Source: Dictyostelium discoideum | Lineage: Eukaryota | Direction of reading: 5' to 3' | Assembly: GCA_000004695.1 (NCBI GenBank) | Contig: CM000152.2 | Span: forward strand, 256,001-320,000 | DNA: 64,000 bases | Shown here: positions 32,911-49,764 of the stretch, in pieces | Layout of the letters: every line of letters begins with the position of its first letter | How positions within the stretch are numbered: position 1 is the first letter of the stretch | Made by a program: the position numbers and the translations under genes | Notes under the pieces: model-generated | Seen by the model: only the letters and a program-made list of their open reading frames with translations | What the model was told of the DNA's origin: nothing | Databases searched by the model: none

Positions 32911-35900
32911 TTATACACACCCCGCTACTGAAACATAGTCTGGTAGTTTTCCCATTTGATTTTCAGATAGTGGTGTTTGTGGTGGTCTTGTTGGTGGAGG
33001 TGTTGAGGATGAAGATGCTTCTTGTTCTTCTGTTGTTAGAGTACGTTCTCCTCCACTAGGTAACCCTCTAAGAGTTTTCAAATCAGATCTGTATCTAATT
33101 TTTTTTAAACTTATCTGTACTCCATCCATTGCATTTGAAAGTTGATTTTTCATATGAACAACAGTTCTTTTATTTCTATTTATACGTATTATCAATGCAA
33201 AGCCTCCACAAAAAGCGATAAATCCAGCAATTGCCATAAATGGTATTAACCATTTCTTTCTTTCAAATATACTTTTATATTTATCACTATCACCATTATT
33301 ACAACCATCAAATATTTTTTTACCAGTATTGTTTCTATTATTTTCAGATGATTGGTTACCTAGATCACCTTTATTTGGATTTTCAATATAAATCATTAAA
33401 TAGTTACCACCACTTTCCATTAATTGTAACATTTGCATATTGTTGTTGTTGTTGCTCTTGTTGAGTATTATTTCCATTTAAAGGTTCAACAATGCATGAA
33501 ATAATCATTGAATTAATAAAAGTAGGATCTGAACATCTTCTTTTACCAATTGATATTTCAATAGTTTCATTATAAAATTCATTTCCAAAAATTGTGATAA
33601 TACCCCCAATTGATGAATTTGAAATCATTGTTGAGTTTAATACAATTGGTGGAATATGAAATTGTTATGTTTTTATTTTGTTTTTCACCATTGAATTTGA
33701 TTTGACAAATTTGATCAAATGGTCCAGCCAATTCAATATCACACGAAATGGAAGTATAGTTTTCAAATGAACAATTATATATTTGTTGATTAGAGAAGCA
33801 ATAAACACTTGTATTATCACATGTGTTTGGAATAAAGTTTTCACCATTAATTATTATTTGACCGTCTGTGGAATTGAAAACTGGATAGTTGTTTATTTGA
33901 GTAAGTGTTGGTGATATATTAACTTTAAAACCTGTTGATGTATCATCGCATACGATTAAAGAAAGTTCACTTGATCCATATTCTGGTTTTAATGGGAAAA
34001 AAAAGAAGTTACTTTCAAATTTTATTTTCTTATTTGGGATATCATCAAATACTATCCCATTTGAAAATTGGATTTTAACTTTACCATTTTCATAGTAGTT
34101 AACATTGTTGGCATAATGGCCCGAACAACGAATCATTTGATCACTACTAATTGAACAGCTTGTAACATTTGGTAATTTGTAAAAAAGTTCAGTACGTGTA
34201 GTTTGATTTCCAATTGAAATTGAAATAAGATTCCTTCCACAACGCTTTGGAATTGGGAATGAGTACGTATGTGTTGAATACTCATTTGAATTTGAATTAT
34301 CAATACCTTGAATAGTTGTGTTATACATAAATGTAAGAATTGGTACACTAGAATGATTTAAAATATTAACATTATATAATTTAAAGTTTACAATTTGACC
34401 AAGTACTGATGGTGATGATGGTGATAATTTAACAAAGAATGATGAATCAATTTAGATTACATTTGATTTTTTACCATTTACAATTATATATAACTTTGAA
34501 TTTTTTATTTGATTTAATGGTGTAAATGATAGAGTTGTTTGTTTATCATTTATATTGGTTGTTAAATTTAATTGTTGGATATCATCAATATAGACTTGAG
34601 TTGATTCATTTGAACCTAAACAATCACCAATTAATTTAACATCTCCTTGAGGTAGAATAAAACCAGAAATAAAAGGTACATCAAATGAAAACAATAAAAT
34701 ATTATCATTAGCAATACCGTCTATTGAAACATTAACTCGTAAACCAGTTGAATCATTAATAGCACCAATTTGAACAGGATCTAAATTACATGTTATTTCA
34801 TTTATAGAAGAAATAACATTTTTGCATTGATGGTTACCAATTTTAACGATTATCAATGAATTGATTTTTTCAGATGATAATCTTTCTCCAGATAACAATT
34901 GTTATCTAACCACCTTTTGACTTTGGAATACTATTTATCTTTAAAAGAAAAGATCGGAAATCAAATTTGATTTTATTTGATTCTAAACCGACTGAAATAA
35001 TATTTACATAAATTGATTTACAATATTGTGAGGAGTATCTTAATTGAAAGAATTCATGATCAATTGAAAATAAAATTTTTTTATCAACTCGAACACCATC
35101 AATAAAGATATTGGCATCGGTTGAATTACAAAAATTTGAACCAATTGCAACCAATGAAGAATTATCACTAGAAATTTTATCAATGATTGGACTCGTGTGA
35201 TTAAACGAATACTTGAAGCCATTTGACCATTCAAATGTTATTTCGCCGCAACCACCTTTATAATCAAGAAATAAATTAGTTGCATCAAATGATTCATCAC
35301 CAATGTTGCCGACAAAAAAAACTTTTGTATTTGGAATTATAGTCAAATAAGTTGAAATTTAAAGAAGTAAGTAATATCCTTTGATTATAGAGCGACCACC
35401 TTTTGTTGAAGGTTTAAAATCACCTTGAATTAATGGAACTGGAAAATCCTTTGTAATATTTGTTGCTACACCACATGCATTAGAACCATCTACATCCATT
35501 ATTATTGATGATATCACAGCCCCATGAAATTTTTTTGGCAATTTCTTCATCTATATCTGCTGTACATGTTCTTATTCTGCTACCATTTTCACAAGTAAAT
35601 GGTAAAACATATTTTATATCAGGAAAATAAAAGCTTGAAAAAAATAAACCATTTGTTGGAGGTTTAAAATCACCTTGAATTAATGGAACTGGAAAATCCT
35701 TTGTAATATTTGTTGCTACACCACATGCATCAGAACCATCTACATCCATTAAACATGATGTCACACCACCATGTAATTTTTTGCAATTACTTCATCCATA
35801 TCAGCAGTGCATGTTCTTATTCTGCTACTATTTTCATAAGTAAATGGTAAAACATATTTTAAATCAGTAAAAGAAAAGCTTGAAAAAAAAACCATTTATG

Positions 35901-36081
35901 TCATATGTATAAACCAATGATTTATTTGTACCCTGAATACTTATAGAAATATTAAAATTAAAAGTGTTAAATTATTGCTATGATTTTTTAATTTTTAAAA
36001 TTTATAAATAATTACCAATAGGATGAGGAATATAAATCCCATCAATTTTTGAAATTAAAAAAACAAATAAAAATAAAAATA
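32911..36081 (-). pseudogene. Decayed gene for a secreted type-I membrane protein with repeated IPT/TIG-like (Ig-fold) domains, tgr/lag-like; in-frame stops, frameshifts and an internal ~240-bp tandem duplication
   Basis: A signal-peptide exon (MKVLFLFLFVFLISKIDGIYIPHPIG then GTAATT) lies at ~36016-36081. The body is split over ORF-track entries 35480-35764, 35359-35550, 34906-35346, 34452-34898, 33579-34328, 33404-33628 and 32911-33477. Adjacent pieces are separated by in-frame stops (TAA at 35359, TAA at 34449), a stop plus shift (TAG at 34906), or overlap in different frames (~33600, ~33440). Introns are not possible at these points because the gaps are under 60 nt. The content is IPT-like ([17 protein letters not shown]...ISCIVEP). 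The terminal block has a TM helix WLIPFMAIAGFIAFCGGFALII and a cytoplasmic tail. The unit 35386-35625 is repeated at 35626-35865 with about 90% identity. Confidence 0.45.
35386..35865 (-). repeat. Tandem duplication of a ~240-bp unit (2 copies, about 90% identical) within the 5' region of the tgr-like pseudogene
   Basis: The string ggaggtttaaaatcaccttgaattaatggaactggaaaatcctttgtaatatttgttgctacaccacatgcat(t/c)agaaccatctacatccat occurs at ~35390 and ~35630. Flanking sequence also matches. Copy A has one A fewer in a polyA run than copy B. Confidence 0.85.
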
Positions 36082-36759
36082 AAACTTTCATATTGTAAAA
36101 ATGTATAGATTGTGTAGTTTTAATATACAATATGTCGGCAAATAAAAATAATTAAAATAAAAAAAAAAAAAAAAAAAAAAAAACATATATATATAAGAAT
36201 AAATTTTTTTATTTTTTTTAATTGTTTGGACACACTTTCCCACACAAAAAAGTTTTTCTTTTTTTGATTTTCCATTATTATTGCCAAGCCATAAAAAATT
36301 TAATATTGGTGATGTTAAAAAAACACATCACACACTTTCAAATATAAAAAAAAATAAAATAGAAATCGAATTTTAAATCTCAATTATTTGAAAAAAAAAA
36401 AAAAAAAAAATTAAATTAAATTAAATTATAACCTGATTTCCATATATTTTTTTTATTTTTTATTAAAAAAAATGCATTATTGAAGTTTTATTATTTAACC
36501 TTGTGGTTGGGCGAAACAATTTTTTAAAAATTCATAGATATGGTGATATGGTTGTTTTTTTTGTTTAATTTTGTTTTTATTTTTATTTTTTTTGGGAATG
36601 TAATATTAAAGTATTTAAATAAAAGATTTTTTAAAATTCAAATAATAATTTTAAATATTATAAAATAAAAAAGATAATTAATTTAATTAATAATAAGTGT
36701 TGTTTTTTTTTTTATTTAATTTTTTGGATTGTAAAATTAAAAAGGTAAACTCTATTAAT

Positions 36760-37419
36760 TTATTGATCTGGATTTAATAATTTTTGAACTTTTTGGTAAT
36801 ACTGAATAATTTGAGAAAAATAAAGAAAGAAAGGATTAGTATTTTTTAAAAAATAAGACGATTTTTTTTTTTTTTTTTTTTTGTTTTTTTTTTTTGGTAA
36901 TCAAAAAATTTAAAACTTACTACTCTTAATTCTTTGACTGTAATGGTACCATCTTTATTTGTATCCATTTCAGTTAAAATAAAATTGGCACTCTTTTCTG
37001 GATCTTTAGCACCAGTTTCTTTGAATCCTTGAATTAATTCATCTTTAGTAATATCAGTATTATCATCTTTGTTATGTCTTAAAATGAATGCTTCAATATC
37101 TTCTTCAACTTCAGCTTCTTGTTGTTTAGATTTTGCTTGTTTTTCTTTATATTCTTTAAGAGCTTTATCGAAATCGATCTAAAAAATAAAAATAAAAAAA
37201 ATTAATTAATTTATTATTATTTTATTTTATTTTAATTTATTTTATTATTTTAATATTTACATCACCAGCTAATTCTTTAATTGTAATTTTACCATCATTA
37301 TCCTTATCATAAACTTGGAATAAATAAATTGCACTTCTTTCTGGGTTGAAGGCCTCTATTTTTTTTTTTTTTTTTTTTATTATAAAAATAATTTATTTAA
37401 ATATGTGTGTGAGATTAAT

Positions 37420-37464
<45 letters not shown>

Positions 37465-37617
37465 TAATTTTTAATTAAAGAATAATAAAACTAATTCCAT
37501 ACTCTTTCCTTTGAAATATTCAACAGCTTCAGCTTTTGTGATTTCACCATCTTTGTTGGTATCATAGGTATCCAACATTTTTTGAACTTCTTCAACAATA
37601 TTTTGGGTGCTTGCCAT
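36760..37617 (-). CDS. EF-hand calcium-binding protein (4 EF-hands), 4 exons (about 37503-37617, 37261-37355, 36921-37178, 36760-36801)
   Basis: Spliced product is MASTQNIVEEVQKMLDTYDTNKDGEITKAEAVEYFKGK/KAFNPERSAIYLFQVYDKDNDGKITIKELAGD/IDFDKALKEYKEKQAKSKQQEAEVEEDIEAFILRHNKDDNTDITKDELIQGFKETGAKDPEKSANFILTEMDTNKDGTITVKELRV/YYQKVQKLLNPDQ. The canonical DxDxDGxI/TxxE loops are DTNKDGEIT, DKDNDGKIT, NKDDNTDIT and DTNKDGTIT. Donors are GTATGG, GTAAAT and GTAAGT. Confidence 0.75.
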
Positions 37618-37972
37618 TTTTTTTTTTTTTTTTAAAAATAAGAATATGTGTATTATAACTAATGATTTGGAAAAAATGATTTTTTTTACTTAAATATTAT
37701 TTTTTAACAACAAAAAAAAAATAATTAAAAAAAAAAAAAAAAAAAAATAATTGAAAAAAAATTATTTTAATAATCAAAAGAAAACATCTTTATTTTCAAA
37801 TTACAAAATTAAATTTTTACCTTTTTTTTTTTTTTTTTCTTTTTACCAATTTCAAGAAAAAAAATAAAAAAAAAAAAATTGATGAAAATATCCAAATCTT
37901 AAGATATAACCCCCTTTTTTTTAATAATAAAAATAATAAAAAAAATTAATAAAAATCATTGTTATCAAATTT

Positions 37973-38006
<34 letters not shown>

Positions 38007-38307
38007 CAAATAAAATTAAATCTTGCGAATATACTCTTTATTTAATAATGGTCTTCAAATAAAATAAAATAAAATACTAATCTTTTTTATTTTTTTTTTA
38101 AAGATATTTCTCTTGCTTTTTAGATTTTTTTTTTTTTTTTTTTTTTTTTTAATTATAAATAATAGTTGGTAAATAATTTCTATAGATCAGGATTGATTTT
38201 GTGTTCATTCTACTTGTATTATTATTTATTATTATTTATTATTATTTATTATTATTATTTATTATTGTATTTTATGGTTGTATGTGAGGTAAATATTTTT
38301 AAAATGA

Positions 38308-38871
38308 TTAATCATCATCCTCAATTGTTCTTCTTTTCATTGTAATTGTTGTTTTTTTTGTTTTTTCACTTAATTGTTCCAATAATGAGATAAGTTTAGC
38401 ATCATCAACTCTCTCTGTTAATTGACCAGTTTGTGCTGCCCTTATTATTAAATCCTCAATTTGACGTGATTTCTCTGGTTTGACAATTGTAATTCTTGAT
38501 ACTTTTTTTTTTTTTTTTTTATTTTTAGTTGAATGAAAAATTAGAATCAAAGTAATCTAAAAATAGCCAATAATAAAAATAATAATAATAATAATAATAA
38601 TAATAATCAAAAAAATAATAAACGTACATCTTTCTCTAGCATCTGGTGTCAAAATTTGAATTAAGATACCTTGTCTTCTTTCATTTGCTTCTTGTCTTTG
38701 AGCCTCTTGTCTTTGTTGGGCTTCGGGCTATTTAAATGTTTTTTTAAATTAGATTATTTTTTTATTTTTTTTTTTCTAAATATTTTATTTTCTCTCCTAC
38801 ATACATCAAAACCTTGACCTTGCATTTGTGATAATTGTTGTTGAATTTCTTTTTCGCTGCTCATTTTTTTT
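38308..38871 (-). CDS. pdcd5: Programmed cell death protein 5 (PDCD5/TFAR19; dsDNA-binding domain family), 3 exons (about 38809-38871, 38624-38726, 38308-38494)
   Basis: Product is MSSEKEIQQQLSQMQGQGFD/...PEAQQRQEAQRQEANERRQGILIQILTPDARER/LSRITIVKPEKSRQIEDLIIRAAQTGQLTERVDDAKLISLLEQLSEKTKKTTITMKRRTIEDDD. This matches PDCD5 (...[24 protein letters not shown]...YGQL...TTVKFNRRKV..DDDD). Donors are GTATGT and GTACGT. Confidence 0.75.
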
Positions 38872-39248
38872 TTTTTTTTTTGTTTTGTATATCTGTTTTG
38901 ATGGGGTCCAAATTTATAAAAATAAAAAAAAAAAAAGAAAAAAAAAAAAAAAATTATTTTCATTTTTTTTTTTTTTTTCATTTTATTTTACATTTTATTT
39001 TTTATTTTTAGAATTTAATTATTTACCACCATTCATTTTTTGTAATTGTTTTTTTTATTTTGGGGAACTTCAAGAGGGAATATATTTTTAATATAAAAAA
39101 AAAAAAAAAAAAAAAATTAAAAAAAAAAAAATTAAAAAAAAAAAATTAAAAAAAAAAAAAAATAATCTAGATTTAATTTTTAAAAAATTTAAAAATATAT
39201 ATATAAATTATTAACTATTAATTATTAATTAAATTTTAATTTATTTAT

Positions 39249-39926
39249 TTAATTTGTTTTTTTAATATTTGTAGTTGAACCTTTTTTATGAGAAGCAATA
39301 AACTTCTTTCTTTGACCTAACATATAAGTGTAAAGATATGGTAAACCAATAACGTAGAAACCTAAAGAGAAAATTAAAATATTATGGAAGTCGAATGCGA
39401 AATTCAAAGAATTTGGCATTGTCAATGTCATAAATTTAGTGTTCTTGACGAATTCCAAACTTGTCCAAATTGTACCAGTTTCACCAGTGACACCGGTTGG
39501 ATAGAGTATGATGAAAGTTGTGTATCTTAACCAACCCAAAATGTAAGAATCGATCTTTAGAATTGAAAGTGCGTAAAAACTATAACGAATTACTTCTGTA
39601 ATTGACCATGACATTAACATCAATGAAAGGAAGAAATGGTTTTGAGTGGTTGGTACGTTTTGTGCCAAGAATACACATGCAACACGTGAAAATACTTGAA
39701 TAAATGTTGTAGCTGCTGATGTCTTTACTAAACCAAATACTGAATGAACAATCTCCAATACTGCTGCATATTGAAAAATTGATACTAACGCTCCAACTTT
39801 TTCCCAAACTCCAACTGGTGATTGAGTTTCAAATAAATGAATACTTAATTTAAATAATATAATACTCCATCCAATTGTTTGTATAACATTATATAATACT
39901 AAATATAAATTTTTAATTGATACCAT
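39249..39926 (-). CDS. Very-long-chain 3-hydroxyacyl-CoA dehydratase (HACD/PTPLA/Phs1 family)
   Basis: Single 225-codon ORF. It has the PTPLA-family opening YLVLYNVIQTIGWSIILFKL, multiple TM helices and the conserved ...YPTGVTGE... segment. Confidence 0.85.
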   Translation of the reverse strand: MVSIKNLYLVLYNVIQTIGWSIILFKLSIHLFETQSPVGVWEKVGALVSIFQYAAVLEIVHSVFGLVKTSAATTFIQVFSRVACVFLAQNVPTTQNHFFLSLMLMSWSITEVIRYSFYALSILKIDSYILGWLRYTTFIILYPTGVTGETGTIWTSLEFVKNTKFMTLTMPNSLNFAFDFHNILIFSLGFYVIGLPYLYTYMLGQRKKFIASHKKGSTTNIKKTN

Positions 39927-40601
39927 TTTATTTTTTTTGTCAATTATTTAAAATAAAACAATGTTTTTATTTTTTTTTTTTGGGTGAATGAACGATCAAA
40001 AAAAAAAATAAAAAAAATAAAAAATTTTAAAAAAAAAAAATAAAAAATAAAAAATTTTTAAAAAAAAAAAAAAAAATCTAAAAAAAAATAAATTAAAATT
40101 AATTACAAATAAAAATTATTATTATTAGTAAAAAAAAAAAAAATATACAATATATTATTTTTTGATTATAAAAAAAAAATAATAATAATAATTTTTTAAC
40201 CTTATTTTATTAAATTTGTAATCTGTTTTTTAAAAATAAATAAAAAAAACACACTCCTTTTTTGATATCTAATCGTATTTTAATTAAAAAAAAAAAAAAA
40301 AAAAAAAAATTATGACGACTCAAATAAAAAGTTTTTATCAAGGTGTTTTTTTTAAAAATCCCAACTATTTTTCATTTTGTCATTTATTTCCAATTAAAGA
40401 AAATCATAAAACCATATTTTTAATTTTTTTTTTTTTTTTTTTAATTTTATTTTAAATAATTTTAAAAAAAAAAAAAAAAAAAAAATAGTTGGGAGTACAT
40501 TTAAATAAAATTTTTTTTTTTTTTTTTTTTGTATTTCTATTTTCACAAAAAAACAAAACACTTTTGTGCTTTAACAAAAAAAAAAAAAAAAAAAAGGAAA
40601 T

Positions 40602-41545
40602 ATGGGTGCCCAAAAATTACCAATATTAGAATATCTTCAAGCAGAAAATGATTCACCATTACCATATGAAGGTGAAGATAGACCATTGGTAGTAGTTTTA
40701 GGTTGGATGGGATGTCGTCGTGAACATTTATTAAAATATGTTGACCAATGGAGAAAACGTGGTTTCAATACATTTTCATTTTGTTCAAAACCAATTCAAT
40801 TGTATTGTATCATTATTTTAAAATAATTTGTAAATATTAAATAAATACTAACCCTTCCCCCTTCCCCCTTCCCCCTTCCCCCTTCCCCCTTCCCCCCTTT
40901 TTTTTATTTTTTTTTTTTAAAATATTTAGATTGGTTCCAGGAGTAATTCAAAATAAAGGTGATGAAATGTTAGAACAAATTAAAAAATATTTAAAAGAGA
41001 ATAGAAATTGTAAAAGTGTAATATTTAATGCATTTTCAAATGGTGGTGGATTTTATTATGCACATATGATTCGTCAAATTCATGAAAGAGAGGATTGCAA
41101 GTGGATGGCTCCTTTGGTAAAGGGAACTGTGTTGGATTCGTTGCCTGCAATTAGACCATTATCCATCTATTCAGCATTCCGTTTAACTAGTCCAAATATG
41201 TTTGTAACTTTCTTATTAGCATTGGTAGTACCATTATTTGTAGTTTTATTTTGGAGTAAGATGTCATCGTATCAACAAATTTTAACCTCAAAAAAGAATC
41301 AATGGCAACATTTAATTTTCTATTCAAAAGCTGATACTATAGTTCATTCTGATGATATCGATAATTTAGTTGGTAAAATAAAGAATAATTTATCAGATGT
41401 CAATCATCTAGATTATAAATGTTTCGACGATTCACCACATGTTCTCCATATGAGATCACATCCAAAAATATATGAAGATAAATTAAATCATTTCGTTACT
41501 TCAATTAAAAATTCAAATTTGAAAAAATTACAAAATAAATAAATA
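40602..41545 (+). CDS. TMEM53/DUF829-family protein (alpha/beta-hydrolase-like), 2 exons (40602 to ~40806; ~40934-41545)
   Basis: Exon 1 encodes MGAQKLPILEYLQAENDSPLPYEGEDRPLVVVLGWMGCRREHLLKYVDQWRKRGFNTFSFCSKPIQ(L) then GTATTG. A ...aaaatatttag acceptor follows. Exon 2 encodes LVPGVIQNKGDEMLEQIKKYLKENRN...NAFSNGGGFYYAHMIRQIHE...YSKADTIVHSDDIDNL.... This is the PLVVVLGWMG / FS.GG / YS..D pattern of TMEM53. The ORF-track 'M' at 40931 is a TTG. Confidence 0.7.
40852..40897. repeat. (CCCCCTT)5-6 heptamer repeat, C-rich island inside the TMEM53-like gene intron
   Basis: Sequence is ccctt(cccccctt)x5 cccccc. Locally over 70% GC in a roughly 15% GC intron. Confidence 0.9.
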
Positions 41546-41892
41546 AAAAAAAAAAGTGTATAATTACAATAAAAACAGAATTCTATTTTTTTTTCTATTT
41601 AAAGATTTTTTATTTATTTTTATTTAATTTTCCCCCTTTTTTTTTTTTTTTTTTTTTTAATTTTTTTAATTTTTTTAATTTTTTTTTTACTTTTTTTTAT
41701 AATTTTTTTTTTTTTTTTATTTTATTTTATTTTTTTTTGTTGTTGATGTCATTGCACAAAAAAAAAAAAAATATCTTTTAAAAAAACTAAAAAAAAAAAA
41801 ATATTAAATAAATCACAAAATTAATAGAGGTTATGTCAATTGATATTTTATAATAATATTAACAATAATAACATTAAACTATACATATTACA

Positions 41893-46229
<4,337 letters not shown>

Positions 46230-46307
46230 CTATTTGGTTGACATCATCATAAAAATAAAAAAAAACACACTTTATACATATAGATTACAACTTGTAATTC
46301 ATATTTT

Positions 46308-47514
46308 TTAAATGAATAATTTATTTAACCAATTTTTATATTTTTTTAATTTACCGCTATTTACACTTTTTTTTATATTATTTTTTTTTGCTATATATGG
46401 AATATTTAAATAACCAGATTTTAATATATCATCCTCTATTAGTGAATCTTTTTTTTCTTTTACAACCATTTTAAAAGTTTCATCATTAAAATTTTTTAAA
46501 ATAATTTTTGAACCTTGTTTGTGATCAAACACTATTGAATGTTTCATTATTCTATTATTATCAATAGTTTCTCTATATCTATGAGTAAAAATGGAAATAA
46601 ATGAACGAACCATATTTGATTTATCTTGTTTATTATTATTATTATTATTATCCTTCTTTTTTATAAATTCTTTAAATTCTTCATTTTTTAATGATCTAAC
46701 AACTCCAATATCACCATCTTTAATTTTATCAAATTTGAATCTGTCAAATATTTCTATTTTAGAGTTTGATAATTATAATTATAATAATAATAATTAAATT
46801 TTAGTAAATATAATTTTAAAATATTAACAAAAAAAAAAAAAAGAAATAGGGATAATAATTACTAATTGATGTTTTTCCTTTAAATTTGGCCATAGTAACA
46901 CAATTAATGTTTGGGCCATTTGATTGACTAATTTCAACATTTTTAAATTTGTTTGTTGAATTATTTGATTTCTTTTTTATATAATAAAATTCCTATTTTT
47001 AATTTAAATATTTAAAATTTTAGTATTAATAAAAAAAGAAAAAAAAAAGAAAAAAAATAATGTTTTATAAATATAATAATTTAAAAAATGAACTTACAAA
47101 TGGAATATCATCTAAATTACAAATTGTTAAATATTCAGCTCTATATAAAGCTCTATTTTTATCAACTTCATTGGAATAAGGATATTCATAATGAAAAAAT
47201 TTAGAATTTGTGAGATATTTATCAACTAGTATTGTTGAAATAAAAAATACATAAAACCCTATAACTATAAAAAGAAAAAAAAAAAAAATACATTAATAAA
47301 AATCCAATTAAATTCAAATTTATAATAAAAAATAAAAAATTAAATAAAAAATTTGAAATTTACTTGATAATAAAACAAAAACTAATACATAATGTGCTAT
47401 AACTTCTATCTTTCTTGAAACTCTATTTTCTTCTTCCTCCTCTGGCGTTAATGGTGGTAAATTTGGTGGTGCAAAATAATTTGTTTGAAATCCGACTCTT
47501 ACCTCTTCATCCAT
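46308..47514 (-). CDS. Hypothetical small protein, about 4-5 exons (about 47395-47514, 47095-47230, 46860-46980, 46308-46757); possibly a small membrane subunit (PIG-P-like?), function unassigned
   Basis: E1 encodes MDEEVRVGFQTNYFAPPNLPPLTPEEEENRVSRKIEVIAHYV. A following exon encodes a hydrophobic GFYVFFISTILVDKYL... segment then a GTAAGT donor. The terminal exon reads, in continuous frame, ...IFDRFKFDKIKDGDIGVVRSLKNEEFKEFIKKKDNNNNNNKQDKSNMVRSFISIF...YIAKKNN.... Boundaries are approximate. Confidence 0.4.
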
Positions 47515-48184
47515 TTTTTTTTTTTCTTATTTTAAATTATAAAAATAAAATTGAAAATATTTTATGATTACTCTTTTAAATTCCCAATTTTTTTTTATTT
47601 ACAAAAATAGAATTGCAAATATTTTTTTTTTTAAAAAAAAAAAAATTAATTTATAAAATAAAAAAAAAAAAAAAAAGGCTTTTATAATTTCAAATAATAA
47701 ATAAAACATTGGCAAAAAGATCTTAAGACTTGGAGATACGAGATCTTTTTTTAAAATATTTTGACATATTTTTTTTTTTTTTAGGGTTTGTAAAAAAAAA
47801 AAATAAAAAAAAAAATAAAAAAATAAAAAAAATAAACAAAAATTTAAAATATTTTTTTATATTTCCAAAAAAAGAAATTTTTTAATATTTTATTTTATTT
47901 TTTTTTTTTATTTTTTTTTTTTTTTTAAGTTTTTACTTTTTTTTTTATTTACTTATTTTTTTACATTTTTTAAATCTGGCCATATTACTTTTAAAAAATG
48001 AGATGGATTTTTGACTTTTTTTTTGTAACTTTACAATTTAAATAATGGATTTGAAGTTAAAAATCAATTGGGTTGGATTGTTTTTTTTTTTTTCAAAATA
48101 AAATTAAAAAAAAATAAAAAAAGAAATAAATAAAAAAATAAAAATTGAATAAACAAAAATAAATAAAAACAAAACAAAAAAAAA

Positions 48185-48233
<49 letters not shown>

Positions 48234-48341
48234 AATACTTTTTTTATAATTTTTATTTTTTTACTATAATCTCTTTTTTTTCAATATATAAAATTTAACT
48301 CTTGGAAATAATTGAAGGTAGTTGAATGAGTTTTATATATG

Positions 48342-48372
<31 letters not shown>

Positions 48373-48396
48373 AAAATTTTTATTTTTTTATCTCAT

Positions 48397-49683
48397 TTAA
48401 ATGACTTTGAATTTATTTTTAGCTTCAAGAGCTTTTACATGCCATACGACAATGTTACCATCTAAACCAGAGGTACTGAAATCAGAGACGACACCACCTA
48501 CACTCTTGAATGGAACGATTGAAGTAATACAATTTTGATGAACGGTTGTTAACTTTTTATCGGCAGATTTTGATTCACCAAGGTCTACTTTATTTTGGAA
48601 GAGTTTACGAGCAGAGGTTTCAGAGCCAGCGGCAGCACCACCTTCAGAGGCCTTATCCATTTCACCAGAATATTTCCAACCGTTTTGATTAGTGATTAAA
48701 AGTGGAGCACAATCGTAACCAACACCGGCGATAGAGTTTTCAGTGATGTAAAGGAGATCACGTAATGGTAAATTACGAACTCTGAGTTTTTCGATGGTTG
48801 GTGGATTGGTTGAAAAGTTTGCAACGGCAAAGACACCATCGTGTGAGGAGTAAGCCAAGGTACTACCGGATGGGGACCATTTGAGGGCATGGACCCATGA
48901 GGCGCATTGGTCAAATTCAAAGACTGGTTCACCAAAAGCGACTTCACCGTATGGACGAGTGACACTACGACCATCGGCTTTCTTTATGTAGGCGTCGAAT
49001 ACTCTAACCTTGTAGTCAGAGGATGAGGTTGCCAATAATAAATTGTTTGGATGCCAGTCAACCTTTAATACGGTTGATTTATGCTTCTTGATATGATTTG
49101 ATGCCCACCAATCATGTTCCTCTTCAAAGAAACAAATACATACCAATTTGGCACCAGTTGCAACAGCAAATTTGTTTTCTTGTGGTGACCATTTAACATG
49201 AGTGGCTGCTCTATTAATACGAAGTAATACTAATACTGGTTTCCATTGACCATCTTTAAATGTCCAAACGTATGCATTACGATCTTGTGATGATGTTAAA
49301 ATACGATTAGTTTTTGGTGCCCAATCAATTGATGTAACAAGTTGATCATGCTATTAAAATTTAAAATATTTATTTAAAATTAAATATTTGTTTTTTTTTA
49401 AATATATATATACATTATATATAATTTTAATTATAAAAATAAATTAATTGGTTAGCATTATTAAATTTTTAATCATATATTATTCTATATTTTATTTTAT
49501 TTTATAATAATACTCACTTCAGCTAAAACATGTTCAACAACCCATGAGGTTCCTTGTTTGGCATAAATGTGTACTTCATTATTATTTGGGCATAAAGCGA
49601 CTCCTAAAATTATTTTCAATATTTAAAAAATAAAATAAAAAATAAAATAAAAATTTTATTAGTATTTAATTTCTTTATTATTC

Positions 49684-49764
<81 letters not shown>

